Positions 1-9,770 are shown, counted from the first letter of the stretch. The stretch is DNA of 20,000 nt from Malacoraja senta (GCA_038087875.1 JAXLNO010000127.1:60074-80073); one strand, 5' to 3'. Numbers and translations: made by a program. Notes: generated from the letters alone by a model not told the origin.

Positions 1-50
1 CAGGGTTGCCAACATTGGGTGAGAGTTGGGAGTGAGAAATTGCGAGAGAC
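1..50 (+). mobile_element. Probable terminus of a DNA transposon (hAT-like TIR CAGGGTTGCCAA)
   Basis: The window starts with CAGGGTTGCCAA followed by GTGAGA motifs. It is an 11/12 inverted match to TTGGCAGCCCTG at 3649-3660. The superfamily call is inferred from the CAGGG-type end. Confidence 0.4.
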
Positions 51-84
51 CAAGCCTGAGGGATGCACTGAGCCACAGCCTGAA

Positions 85-247
85 GGGCCTGTCCCACTTA
101 GGCGATCTTTTGGGCGACTACAAGCGACAGGAGCAACAGTTTTTGCAGTCGGACATTGTCATAGGTTGTCGCGAGGTGTTGTAGGTGAATGCTAGTAAAA
201 CTAGTCCCTGACAGTCGCCTAAAGAGTCGCCTCAATGGGACAGGCCC
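85..247. mobile_element. MITE (non-autonomous DNA transposon, PIF/Harbinger-like ends)
   Basis: The termini are inverted: GGGCCTGTCCCA (85-96) and TGGGACAGGCCC (236-247). Imperfect pairing continues inward through AGGCGA/TCGCCT repeats. No ORF. Confidence 0.7.
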
Positions 248-513
248 ATAAATGCGTGGGAATAACGTAGATCAGGGGAGCCGCGACCAGCTGCGTCACT
301 CGTTGTCCAGCCCTCTCTTCAAGTCACTGATGGACGCAAAAAGCCGGAGTAACATCCAATTTCCTCTCTGTGTCTGTGGACTGACTCCAAGCACCAGAGG
401 CCCATTGATCTGCAGCGCTGCTCTATACGTGATTGGCTTTGTGGAGATCAGAGCCAGTTGTCACCGTGTCCCGGCACTCGGCCCTACACAGCCCTGCTAG
501 CCGGACAGGGCTC

Positions 514-639
514 AGTTTAGAGATACACCGCGGAAACAGGCCCTTCGGCCCACCGAGTCCGCACCGACCAGCGACCCCAACACATTAACACTATCCTACA
601 CACACTAGGGACTTTACACTTATACCAAGCCAATTAACC
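514..639 (-). mobile_element. HE1-type (V-SINE) tRNA-derived SINE, 3' half
   Basis: It is the reverse complement of the 3' half of the SINE copies at 1165-1428 and 3943-4212 (ggttaattggcttgg...gggccgaagggcctgtttccgcg). Confidence 0.8.
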
Positions 640-644
640 CGACC

Positions 645-778
645 TTCAGTCTGAAGAAGGGTCTCGACCCGAAACATCACCCATTCCTTCCCTCCAGAGA
701 TGCTGCCTGACCTGCTGAGTTACTCCAGCACTTTGTGTCTATCAGTTTAAACCAGCATCTGCAGTTCCTTCCTGCACG
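645..778 (+). mobile_element. Penelope-like element terminal repeat with a degenerate hammerhead motif
   Basis: CTGAAGA-A-GGGTC-TC-GACCC-GAAAC-ATC at 651-678 is followed by agagatgctgcctgacctgctgagttactccagca, a unit that recurs many times in the window. Confidence 0.65.
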
Positions 779-811
779 TGTACCTGTCCAAATGCCATTT
801 AAATGTCATTG

Positions 812-1045
812 TGGTCATTTCAAGTGTAGAATGAAGACAAGAATGTTTAGCTGTCGCGTGCAGCGACATCAGAACAATGACAATCTCAGTTGCTGCACCT
901 TAACAGGCCGATTAAAGCAACAACACATAGATACATGTAAATAGATTGATTTAGTTTACTATTGCCACCTGTAGCGAGGTACAGGGAGAAGCTTTTGTTG
1001 CGTGCTATCCGGTAAATGCAAGCAAGCCGCTCACAATGTACAGAT
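812..1045 (-). mobile_element. Two old, diverged LINE 3'-tail remnants (Rex1/Babar-like)
   Basis: 812-905 is a weak reverse-complement match to the Rex1 tail at 9070-9141. 945-1045 has a similar tail-like organisation. Both are diverged. Confidence 0.35.
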
Positions 1046-1164
1046 AAAGGAGAACGGGCGCAACATATATAATCAATAATACAATGGATTAATAATCAGT
1101 AATATTGGGTAATCATCCCGGCATATCAGCGGAGGCCCAATATTCGCATTGCAATTAATGCCCC

Positions 1165-1428
1165 ACAGCGCCGGAGACCCGGGTTCGATCCTGGTCTCGG
1201 GTGCTGTCTGTGTGGAGTTTGCACGTTCTCCCTGTGACCGCGTGGGTTTCCTCCCACATCCCAAAGACGTGCGGGTTTGTAGGTTAATTGGCCGTCTGTA
1301 AATTGCCTAGTGTGTAGGGAGTGGATGAGAAAGTGGGATAACATAGAACCAGTGTGAACGGGTGATCGATGGTCAGCACAGACTCGAGGGGCCGAATGGC
1401 CTGTTTCCATGCTGTATCTTTGAACTAA
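1165..1428 (+). mobile_element. HE1-type (V-SINE) tRNA-derived SINE
   Basis: Pol III B box GGTTCGATCC at 1182-1191, central gtgctgtctgtgtggagtttgcacgttctcc domain, and a LINE-like tail gggccgaatggcctgtttccatgctgtatc. Confidence 0.85.
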
Positions 1429-1505
1429 TTATAATATTGAACAAATCAAGACTTACCTATCAGATTTGAACATGAACAATATTATCCCAAGGTTGCAGAG
1501 TATTT
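1349..1505 (+). repeat. 157-bp direct repeat, copy 1 (left flank of the L1)
   Basis: Identical to 2643-2799 except for two substitutions (gaaTggcc/gaaGggcc, catGaac/catAaac). Confidence 0.95.
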
Positions 1506-2642
1506 TTTTTAAATTTTTTTTTAAAAATATTTTTATTTTATTAGAAGTAAGTACAATTGTATACAATCATATTTTCATAATACCTTTTATGTACAGCTTC
1601 TTATTTTAAAATTTTTTTGAAATAAAGAAGAAAAAGAAAAAAGTTAGATAATGAAAAATAGAAAAATGTGAGATATATAGTGTGTGAAAAAGAAAAATAA
1701 AGAATGAAATAAGAAAGTTGAGACATAGAAAATAGAAGAAAGAGAATAAATGAAAAGAAAAGAAGAAAAGAAAATAGAAGATCATTTATAATCTTGACCA
1801 TCCGCAGTCACGGATTAGCTTTTACACCTGTTTTGCACCATACGTTTCCAAAAAGATGACAAATGGAGACCAACTCGTTATGAATTGGTCAAATTTATCT
1901 GTTAGGAGGAATCGCATTTCCTCAAGATGTGCGGTATCCAACATACTTGCAATCCACATTTTGAGCGTTGGTATTGGTGTATTTTTCCAAAATTTCAATA
2001 TTAATTTTTTTGCTATTATTAAACCATAATTAAAAATTGACTTTTGAGATGAGCTCAATTTGTTCCCGTCTTCCATTACCCCAAATATAATCAATTCATT
2101 ATTGGGTTCCATTTTTGTCTTAAATAATTTTGTAAATATTTTGAAAATATCACTCCAAAATCCATGAAGTTTTATACAAGAAACAAAAGAGTGTGTTATA
2201 GTTGCTTCTTGGATTAAACATTTATCGCAAATGGGCGATATATTTGGATAAAATTTATTTAATCTTGTTTTTGAGTAATATAATCTATGTAAAATTTTAA
2301 ATTGGATTAGATTATGTCTTGCATTAATCGAACACTTGTGAATGTATGTCAAATACTTTTCCCATGTAGCCTTCGTAATTTTTATCAATAATTCCCGTTC
2401 CCACTCTTCTCTAATTACCTCGGTCACAGGTAAATCTATATTTAAGATACTATTATATAAATATGCTATTAATTTTTGTGTATCAGCTTTTATATTCATT
2501 ACTTCTTCTAGTAAATCAGGAGTTATTTTTTGATATCCCTGTATGTATGTCTTCAAAAAATTACAAATCTGAAAATATTTAAAATAATGAGTGTTTTTCA
2601 GTTTAAATTTTAATTGTAATTGTTGAAATGATAATAAATCTC
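1506..2642 (-). mobile_element. 5'-truncated L1-clade LINE: ORF2 C-terminus, 3' UTR and poly(A)
   Basis: ORF 1822-2673(-) carries the L1 ORF2 C-terminal signature IQFKILHRLY...CDKC-x8-H-x4-C...FW. It is followed by a T-rich 3' UTR and an A-rich tail (T runs at 1503-1522 on +). The first ~10 codons of the ORF come from the flanking repeat. Confidence 0.9.
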
Positions 2643-2799
2643 CCAGTGTGAACGGGTGATCGATGGTCAGCACAGACTCGAGGGGCCGAAGGGCCTGTTT
2701 CCATGCTGTATCTTTGAACTAATTATAATATTGAACAAATCAAGACTTACCTATCAGATTTGAACATAAACAATATTATCCCAAGGTTGCAGAGTATTT
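2643..2799 (+). repeat. 157-bp direct repeat, copy 2 (right flank of the L1; includes a duplicated SINE 3' end)
   Basis: Matches 1349-1505 at a constant offset of 1294. Confidence 0.95.
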
Positions 2800-3102
2800 G
2801 AATGACATTTACTGCATAATCCCTGAGGTTATTCTTTGTAAAGGGCAAAGTTCATCTCAACAAGTTTCATTTTCTGAAGTTAATTTGTAGTTTATATTTA
2901 CCATCTTGCCTTTGCTTATTTGTTCCCGCAATACATGAATCCAAGACTTACATTTAAAGATGAACAAAATATCAGTTTAAAGACATATCAACTAATTTCC
3001 CCGATTGAGTATGAATATCGATTTCTTTAACATCCCCTCTCTCTCCGTCCCTCCCCCACCCGAGTGGTACTAGCTTCAAAGTCGTCTTGTTGGGTCTTAT
3101 TG

Positions 3103-3304
3103 TGTGAGAAGGAAGTGCAGATGCTGGTTAAACCGAAGAGAGAGACAAAATGCTGGAGCAACTCAGCGGGACAGGCAGCATCTCTGGAGAGAAGGAATGG
3201 GTGACGTTTCGGGTCGAGACCCTTCTAAAGGTTTCGGGTCGAGACCCTTACAAGGGTCACGACCAGAAACGTCACCTATTCCTTCTCTCCAGAGACGCTG
3301 CCTG
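3103..3304. mobile_element. Penelope-like terminal repeats in inverted arrangement
   Basis: caggcagcatctctggagagaaggaatgggtgacgtttc is mirrored by gaaacgtcacctattccttctctccagagacgctgcctg. The central gtttcgggtcgagaccctt is duplicated. Confidence 0.7.
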
Positions 3305-3660
3305 GTCCATGCCGGTCACCAGGGCGAATTCGGCACAAAGACTTAACGGCAGCGGCGCAACGCTTCCGACGCCTCCGATGGCCCGGGACTCTTGCACTGA
3401 GGCTGCTCCATGGCCGGAGCTGCAGCGAGCGACTCGCCAGCCCGGCAAACAATCGCCAGCCCCGGCTCCCCGTCCGCATCTGTCCCCGCCGCTGCTTCCA
3501 TCCCTCCCTCCGCCCCGGCTCTCCACCCGCGGCCCATGCAGTTGAAATTCTCGTTGATCACAGAATTTCTCACGACAGAGCGTGAGAAACTTGTGATCAG
3601 CGTGAGAATTTGTCGAAATGCGTGAGTCTCACGCTCAAAGCGTGAGAATTGGCAGCCCTG
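3305..3660. mobile_element. GC-rich DNA-transposon end with subterminal repeats and TIR (hAT-like)
   Basis: GCGTGAG occurs at 3580, 3600, 3620 and 3640, then the terminal TTGGCAGCCCTG (3649-3660) abuts a CR1 fragment. The left boundary is uncertain. Confidence 0.5.
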
Positions 3661-3832
3661 AAAGTATCCACTGACTTGGACTCCACAGCCCTCTGTGGCA
3701 ACGAAGTTCATCCTCACCTCCTTTCTAAAGGCGCACCCTTTAATTCTGAGGCTATGACCTCTGGTCCTAGACTCTCCCACCAGTGGAAACATCCTTTCCA
3801 CATGCACTCTATGCCTTTCATTATTCTGTAAG
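3661..3832 (-). mobile_element. CR1-clade (HER1-like) LINE 3' fragment
   Basis: The minus-strand translation VERMFPLVGESRTRGHSLRIKG...FRKEVR is typical of the CR1 ORF2 C-terminus. It is homologous to 15650-15932. Confidence 0.8.
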
Positions 3833-3942
3833 TAACTTCGTATCCTCATGTGGATCGTGTTGAAAAATCTAAATCTTTGCTGTCCCTTTAGAAAGAATCA
3901 GTGTTCTGTTGAAAGGGGGATAATTGTGCGTAGAGAATTGTG

Positions 3943-4212
3943 GACGGCACAGTGGTAGAGTTGTTGCCTTACAGCACTTGCAGAGCCAGAGAACCCGGTT
4001 CGATCCCAACTATGGGTGCTGTCTGTATGGAGTTTGTACGTTCTCCCCGTGACCTGCATGGATTTGCTCCTAGATCTTCGGTTTCCTCCCATTCTCCAAA
4101 GACGTACAGGTTTGTAGGTTAATTGGCTTGGTAAATGTTAAAAAAATTATCCCGAGTGTGTAGAGGATAGTGTTAATATTTCCTGTTTCCGCGCTGTATC
4201 TCTTAACTAAAC
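3943..4212 (+). mobile_element. HE1-type (V-SINE) tRNA-derived SINE, near full length
   Basis: tRNA-like head ggcacagtggtagag, B box GGTTCGATCC at 3997-4006, V domain, and tail cctgtttccgcgctgtatctcttaactaaac. Confidence 0.85.
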
Positions 4213-4253
4213 AGAATCTTTCCTAATTTTTTTGTTTTTGTTCTCTCTTGCAG

Positions 4254-4421
4254 CCGGAGGTTCATCCTGGGAACTGTTGGCCATTTAAAGGCTCCCAAGG
4301 CGTTGTTGTCATCGAGCTTGCTGTCTGGATCAGGCCTACATCCTTTACCCTGGAGCACATTCCAAGAACAATTTCTCCACATGGATCAATTAGAAGTGCC
4401 CCTCAAGACTTCTCTGTTTAT
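4254..4421 (+). CDS. SUN-domain protein (SUN1/SUN2-like, LINC complex), third-last coding exon
   Basis: A polypyrimidine tract and CAG acceptor (4251-4253) precede it and a GTATGT donor follows at 4422. The 168 bp encode PEVHPGNCWPFKGSQG...FTLEHIP...SAPQDFSVY, the hallmark SUN motifs. The paralog (SUN1 vs SUN2) cannot be resolved by eye. Confidence 0.95.
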
Positions 4422-5268
4422 GTATGTGAAATGTATAGAATATGACTGAATGTTTGTGAACCATGGTGTTTGTCTGGAGCATGCTGCTGAACATGGCAAG
4501 GCTTTCTTGGACATTGGATTCCATGTTCAGGGTCCCGAGTGGTCTCAATCCACGTCAATAGCATTAACAAGTTCTGTTAAAAATGAGCAAATTCCATTTC
4601 ACAGTCCAGAACAATAATCCCTCAAATAGAAGGCCCTCTAATATAATCTTCAATGTTCCATGCTACACAAATTGCTCATAATGGTGTTTGAACTGTGATT
4701 CTGCGTTTTCACTGTCTTCACTGAGTTTTGTCACTTTATTGCACAATCCTCAACACTGCTAACCACAAAAGCATCATTTAGTGATGAAGCAACTTTACAA
4801 CCAATAGATGAGATTAAAGTTAACACAACCCTACATACAAGGGACAATTTATATGCCAATGCTTTCCTGAATGGGGGTGAACAATTCTTCACTGGTATTC
4901 TCTCAGGATTGAGGATGACCTGCTTCCACTCTAGTTCTGTGGGTATAGAGGTGCCTGATGAGGCCCCTGTGGTGGGACACACTGATTCTACCACAGATGA
5001 GAGTTGATGCTACGTATGCAGGACATCGTTTCATTCTGTTTGATTGTCTACAGATTCACTTCATGTGCTAAATGAGGTGATGACATTTTTCCAATTGACT
5101 TTTAGGGAACTACTAGTTCTGTTTGAAATGAAATGACTTTATATATTCAACCAAGCTTTCTTCCAGGCAAGGGTGAAAGTCCTGCTTTCATCAGGCTGGT
5201 ATAATTGTTGGGGTGACTGGAGAGTAATTTTCTGTGTACAAAGCTTACTAATTTCTATTTGTTCACAG

Positions 5269-5361
5269 GGCTTGGATGATGAAAATCAAGCTGAAGGGGT
5301 CCTGTTGGGACAGTATACGTATAATGCGGAAGGGGATTCAATCCAGACGTTTGAGGTGCAG
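5269..5361 (+). CDS. SUN-domain protein (SUN1/SUN2-like), penultimate coding exon
   Basis: Acceptor ttcacag and donor GTATGG at 5362. The 93 bp are phase 0 and encode GLDDENQAEGVLLGQYTYNAEGDSIQTFEVQ. Confidence 0.95.
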
Positions 5362-5591
5362 GTATGGAAGTGCATAAGGGATCATTGATTCTTTGCTGGA
5401 ACAATCCTATAACCTTGGCCTTTTCCTGCAAGCTTTTATTTTCCTTTGCCTCAAATATTTATCTATCTTTTACAAAAATAGGCTTTGCGATGTAGTAACT
5501 GTTAACCAAAATCTGTCATGTGCCAATATTTGACAATTAGCTCACTGGTGTTTGAACTGTGATTCTGAGTTTTGGTGCTGACTTCACCCAT

Positions 5592-5932
5592 GTTTGAGTT
5601 TAGCTTAAAGATACAGTGCTGAAACAGGCCCTTAGTCCGCACCGACCAGCGATCCCCGCACACTAACAGTATCAATAGACAATTGGTGCAGAAGTAGCCA
5701 TTCGGTCCTTCAAGCCAGCACCGCCATTCAATGTGATCATGGCTTATCATCCACAATCAGTAACCTGTTCCTGCCTTCTCCCCATATCCCCTGATTCCGC
5801 TATCTTCAAGAGCCCTATCTAGCTCTCTCTTGAAAGTTTCCAGAGAACCCTCCTCTGAGGCAGAGAATTCCACAGACTCACAAGACACACACGGGGGACA
5901 ATTTACTTCTATACCAAGCCGATTAACCTACA
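5592..5932 (-). mobile_element. HE1-type SINE 3' part (5592-5673 and 5885-5932) interrupted by a CR1 tail
   Basis: The two pieces are collinear with the minus-strand SINE at 514-639. The SINE continues at 9142. Confidence 0.75.
5674..5883 (-). mobile_element. CR1-clade LINE 3' tail nested in the SINE
   Basis: Reverse complement of the CR1 3' end seen at 15700-15932 (ccattcaatgtgatcatggc, cctgccttctccccatatccc). Confidence 0.8.
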
Positions 5933-8900
5933 TTATTTATACCTTCAATCAACTCACCTGGATTAGAAAAACGGCAGAAATCGGCGCCGTAACAGACATG
6001 TTGCTAGTGCACTTGAAGGCACTAGCGATATTGCGATCTTCCACAGCTGCGGGAGACCCCGACTGCAAGCGTTCCCTCAATCGCTGGACAGCACCCGACC
6101 CGACTGGGGTCACAGGTACTGTACCTGGAATCACCGGGAAGACCTCCAGAGCCGACGGGCAGGATCTCCCAGGAACAACGGAGCTGGAGCTGCTGTATGC
6201 AAGGGAATCCCCGTACCAGCGCAGGTTCGCAGAAACAGCAGGTACAGTAAACATAGTACCTGGAAACGACGGGGCCTCCATTGTGTCCGGAAACGTGGCC
6301 GACGGGCAGGATTTCAGGTCAGACTGACGCGCTCAGGTCAGACTTTGACTCCCTCTCCCTACCATCCTCCTGGCCAATGTACAGTCCCTTGAAAATAAAG
6401 TGGAGGACATAAGAGCAAGGTTGCTTTACCAAAGGGAGCTGAGGGAATGCTCTGTGTTCTGTTTCACAGAGACATGGCTCACCACCAGCTCTCCAGACTC
6501 AGCAGTCCAGCCTGAAGGTTTCTCCATCCATTGCATGGACCATACACTGGCATCTGGGAAAGGGAGAGGAGGGGGCGTCTGCCTCATGCTCAACTCTGCG
6601 TGGTGCTCAGACGTGGCCGTTCTTTCCAACTCCTGCTCTCCGCGCCTGGAACACCTAGCTGTGAAGTGCCGTCCCTTCTACCGAACGAGGGAATTCACCT
6701 CCATCATCCTGACCGCCCGCGGTCTACATCCCTCCCCAGGCAGATGTCCATCTGGCACTGGGGGAGCTGCACGCCGTGGTCAACAAACACCAGACGGCTT
6801 ACCCAGAGGCATTTACTACCATAGCCGAGGATTTCAACAAAGCCAACCTTAAGAAATCACTCCCAAACTTCCACCAACATGTCTCCTGCAGCACCAGAGG
6901 ACCAAACACCCTCGACCACTGCTACACGACAATCAAGGATGCCTATCGCTCTATCCCTTGCCCTCACTTCGGTAAATCCGACCATACTGCGGTGCTGCTT
7001 CTTCCTGCCTACAGGCAGCAATTGAAGAGCGCACCCCCAGAGGTGAGGACTGTACAGAGCTGGTCGGGGGGGACGGGGGGACGGGGATGGTAGAGGAACA
7101 ACTCCAGGACTGTTTGGAATCTGTAGATTGGGCAATGTTCACGGACTCGGCAACGGACCTGAATGAATATGCCACAGTCGCTACAGACTTCATAAAGAAA
7201 TGTGTGGAGGACTGCATCCCAACAAAAACCTTCCGAGTGTTTCCTAACCAGAAGCCTTGGATGAACCATGAGATCCACATTCTTCTGAAGACCAGAACCC
7301 GGGCATTCAGGTCTGAAGATACAGAGGTCTACAAGAAGTCCAGATACGACCTTGGTAAGACCATCAAAAAGGCCAAAAGGGACTTCTGCTCCAAGCTGGA
7401 CGATGAGTCGAATGTTTGGCAACTGTGGCGGGTCTTGAATGCAATTACCTCCTACAAGGCAAAATCAGGAGACAGCTCAAATGTCAGTGAAGCATCACTC
7501 CCTGACGAGCTCAATGCGTTTTACGCACCCTTTGATACGGAGAACACTGATGTGCCTCAGAGCCCCAATTCGCCGTGATGGTATTTCGGTCACAGTCACA
7601 GAGGCCGACGTCAGAAGATCCTTCAGGGGGGTGAACCCTCGAAAAGTGCCTGGACCTGATGGTATATCCGGGCGTGTTTTGAGCACTTGTGCGGACCAAC
7701 TGGCTGGAGTTTTTATGGACATTTTCAACCTCTCACTTCTGAGGTCTGAGGTTCCCACCTGCTCTAAAATGGCATCAATAATACTGGTGCTCAAGAAGAG
7801 CAAGGTGATGTGCCTCAATGACTATCTGACCAGTGGCACTGTGGTGATGAAGTGCTTTGAGAGGCTGATAATGGCGCAAATCAACTCATACCTCGACAAA
7901 AATCTGGACCCACTGCAGTTCGCTTACCGCCACAATAGATCAATGCTGGATGCGATCTCACTGGCTCTCCACTTGGCTCTGGACCACTTGGACAACAAAA
8001 ACTCATATGTCAGGCTGTTATTCATTGACTACAGCTCGGCATTTAATACCATCCTCCCCTCTAAGCTGGTTACCAAGCTCTCAGGTCTCAGCTCAATTGC
8101 GCATCCCTCTGCAATTGGCACCTCAACTTCCTCATTCACAGACCACAATCCGTCTGTATTGGTGGAAATGTGTCATCCTCGATAACAATCAGCACGAGAG
8201 CAGCTCAAGGCTGCGTGCTTATCCCCCTGCTGTACTCACTTTATACTCATGACTGCGTGGCCGGACATGGTGCGAACTACATCAAGTTCGCCGACGACAC
8301 CACTGTTGTGGGACGTATCACTGATGGGGACGAGTCAGAGTATAGAAGTGAGATCGACCGATAGACCAAATGGTGCCAGCACAATAACCTGGTACTCAAC
8401 ATCAGATGAGAGGAACTGATTGTGGACTTTGGAAGGGGTAGGATGGAGACCCACAGTCCCGTTTATATCAATGGGTCGATGGTGGAAAGGGTCAAGAACT
8501 TCAAATTCCTGGGCGTGCATATTTCCGAAGATCTCTCCTGGTCCCAGAACACTGATGCAATTATAAAGAAAGCACATCAGCGCCTCTACTTCCTGAGGAG
8601 ATTACAGAGACGGTATGTCAAGGAGGACTCTCTCGAACTTCTACAGGTGCACAGTAGAGAGCATGCTGACCGGTTGCATCGTGGCTTGGTTCAGCAACTT
8701 GAGCGTCCAGGAGCAGAAAATGCTGCAAAAAGTTGTAAACGCTGCCCAGACCATCATCGGCTCTGACCTCCCTACCATCAAGGGGATCTATCGCAGTCGC
8801 TGCCTCAAAAAGGCTGCCAACATCATCAAGGACCCACACCATCCTGGCCACGCACTCATCTCTTTGCTGTCATCAGGTACATGGTACAGGAGCCTGAAAT

Positions 8901-9141
8901 CTGCAACATCCAGGTTCAGGAACAGCCATCAGACTATTCAACACAACTTCAAACAAACTCTGAACTATAACAGCCTATTGCACTTTATCTGTTTATTTAT
9001 GTGTGTATATATATTCTATGGTATAGGGACACACTGATCTGTTCTGTATTTATGCCTACAATATTCTGTTGTGCTGCTGCAAGCAAGAACTTCATTATCC
9101 TATCTGGGACACATGACAATAAACTCTCTTGACTTGACTTG
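5933..9141 (+). mobile_element. Rex1/Babar-type non-LTR retrotransposon, near full length, decayed (APE endonuclease + reverse transcriptase)
   Basis: Collinear frameshifted pieces read RKRGRRAGFQVRL, LPTILLANVQSLENK, CFTETWL, TLDHCY/GKSDH (APE), then LDPLQFAYR, LFIDYSSAFNTI, QGCVL, KFADDT, FKFLG (RT). There are internal stops (e.g. TAG 8362-8364), AATAAA at 9118-9123 and a (CTTGA)n tail. The ends are defined by the interrupted SINE. Confidence 0.92.
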
Positions 9142-9265
9142 ACAAACCAGTATTTGGTGTGGAAGGAAACCGAAGATCTCGGAGAAAACCCACGGGGAGA
9201 ATGTACAAACTCTGGAACCCGGAGTTGTAAGGCAGCAACTCTGCCGCTGCGCATCCGTGCCGCCC
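9142..9265 (-). mobile_element. HE1-type SINE 5' part (continuation of 5592-5932)
   Basis: The reverse complement begins gggcggcacggatgcgcagcggcagagttgctgccttaca, the tRNA-like head. It resumes where 5932 stops (cctaca|aacc). Confidence 0.8.
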
Positions 9266-9707
9266 TTTTCCCACTGAAAACATATTTGCTTCAGGCAAAG
9301 GCTTTATAGAATGCCAAGTTGATTCATTCCAGTAATGGAGATCAAGGTGGCAAATATCAATCACATGATCCAGGAGCCACCAGTGAGTGAATGGGGATGA
9401 ACTCCAGTGAAGGCAACTAAAGCTTGAAATTCTGGCACGGTGCTGTTTTCATGCAGTGTCTTGAAATTCCTTTTACTCTGGAAACTGCAGTATTTACTGT
9501 GATTGTCCCTGTTGTGCATCTGATGTGGTCTCTGCATTGGTCTTTGCAGGGTGTTGTCGTTCTTTCTTCTTCTGGGGCATTGCCGCAGACGTTCAACGGA
9601 ATTGATCATGCCCAGGATACTGCGTCATAAAGAACATACTTTTTTGTGTTTCTTCCAACCAATTTTCTGCATGATATTTCATCTGCATGTCCCTGCTCAT
9701 TCATTTC

Positions 9708-9770
9708 TGAATCAGAATCAGAATCACACTTTATTCACCAAGTATGTTTTGCAACATACGAGGAATTTAA
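9708..9770 (-). mobile_element. Short LINE 3'-tail remnant with (GATTCT)n end
   Basis: (GAATCA)3 followed by ctttatt, which is AATAAA plus a tandem tail on the minus strand. Confidence 0.4.

Noticed and set aside
1601..1801. Very hydrophobic 66-aa ORF resembling a membrane peptide
   Set aside because: It lies in the T-rich low-complexity 3' UTR of the L1; the Phe/Leu richness is a compositional artefact.
1822..2673. 283-aa ORF as a host or domesticated gene
   Set aside because: It is an L1 ORF2 C-terminus with a poly(A) tail. Its 'start' is a non-ATG codon in the flanking duplicated SINE.
2743..2960. Minus-strand GTAAGT donor-like sites (caagacttac at ~2741 and ~2942) suggesting antisense exons
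   Set aside because: There is no convincing acceptor or recognisable peptide, and the upstream frames hit stops.
3104..3849. Several overlapping GC-rich ORFs (80-168 aa)
   Set aside because: They run across junctions of unrelated repeats (Penelope-like, DNA-transposon end, CR1) and show no coherent domain.
3943..4015. tRNA gene (A/B-box-like sequence)
   Set aside because: It is the tRNA-derived head of a SINE that continues into the V domain and LINE-like tail, with no complete cloverleaf.
4248..4445. Standalone 65-aa ORF, and likewise 5173-5388
   Set aside because: These are internal exons read through their splice sites; the true limits are 4254-4421 and 5269-5361.
6400..9037. Operon-like cluster of ORFs with a reverse transcriptase (retron/DGR/defence-type system)
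   Set aside because: The ORFs are collinear frameshifted pieces of a single Rex1-type APE-RT polyprotein in a vertebrate intron.
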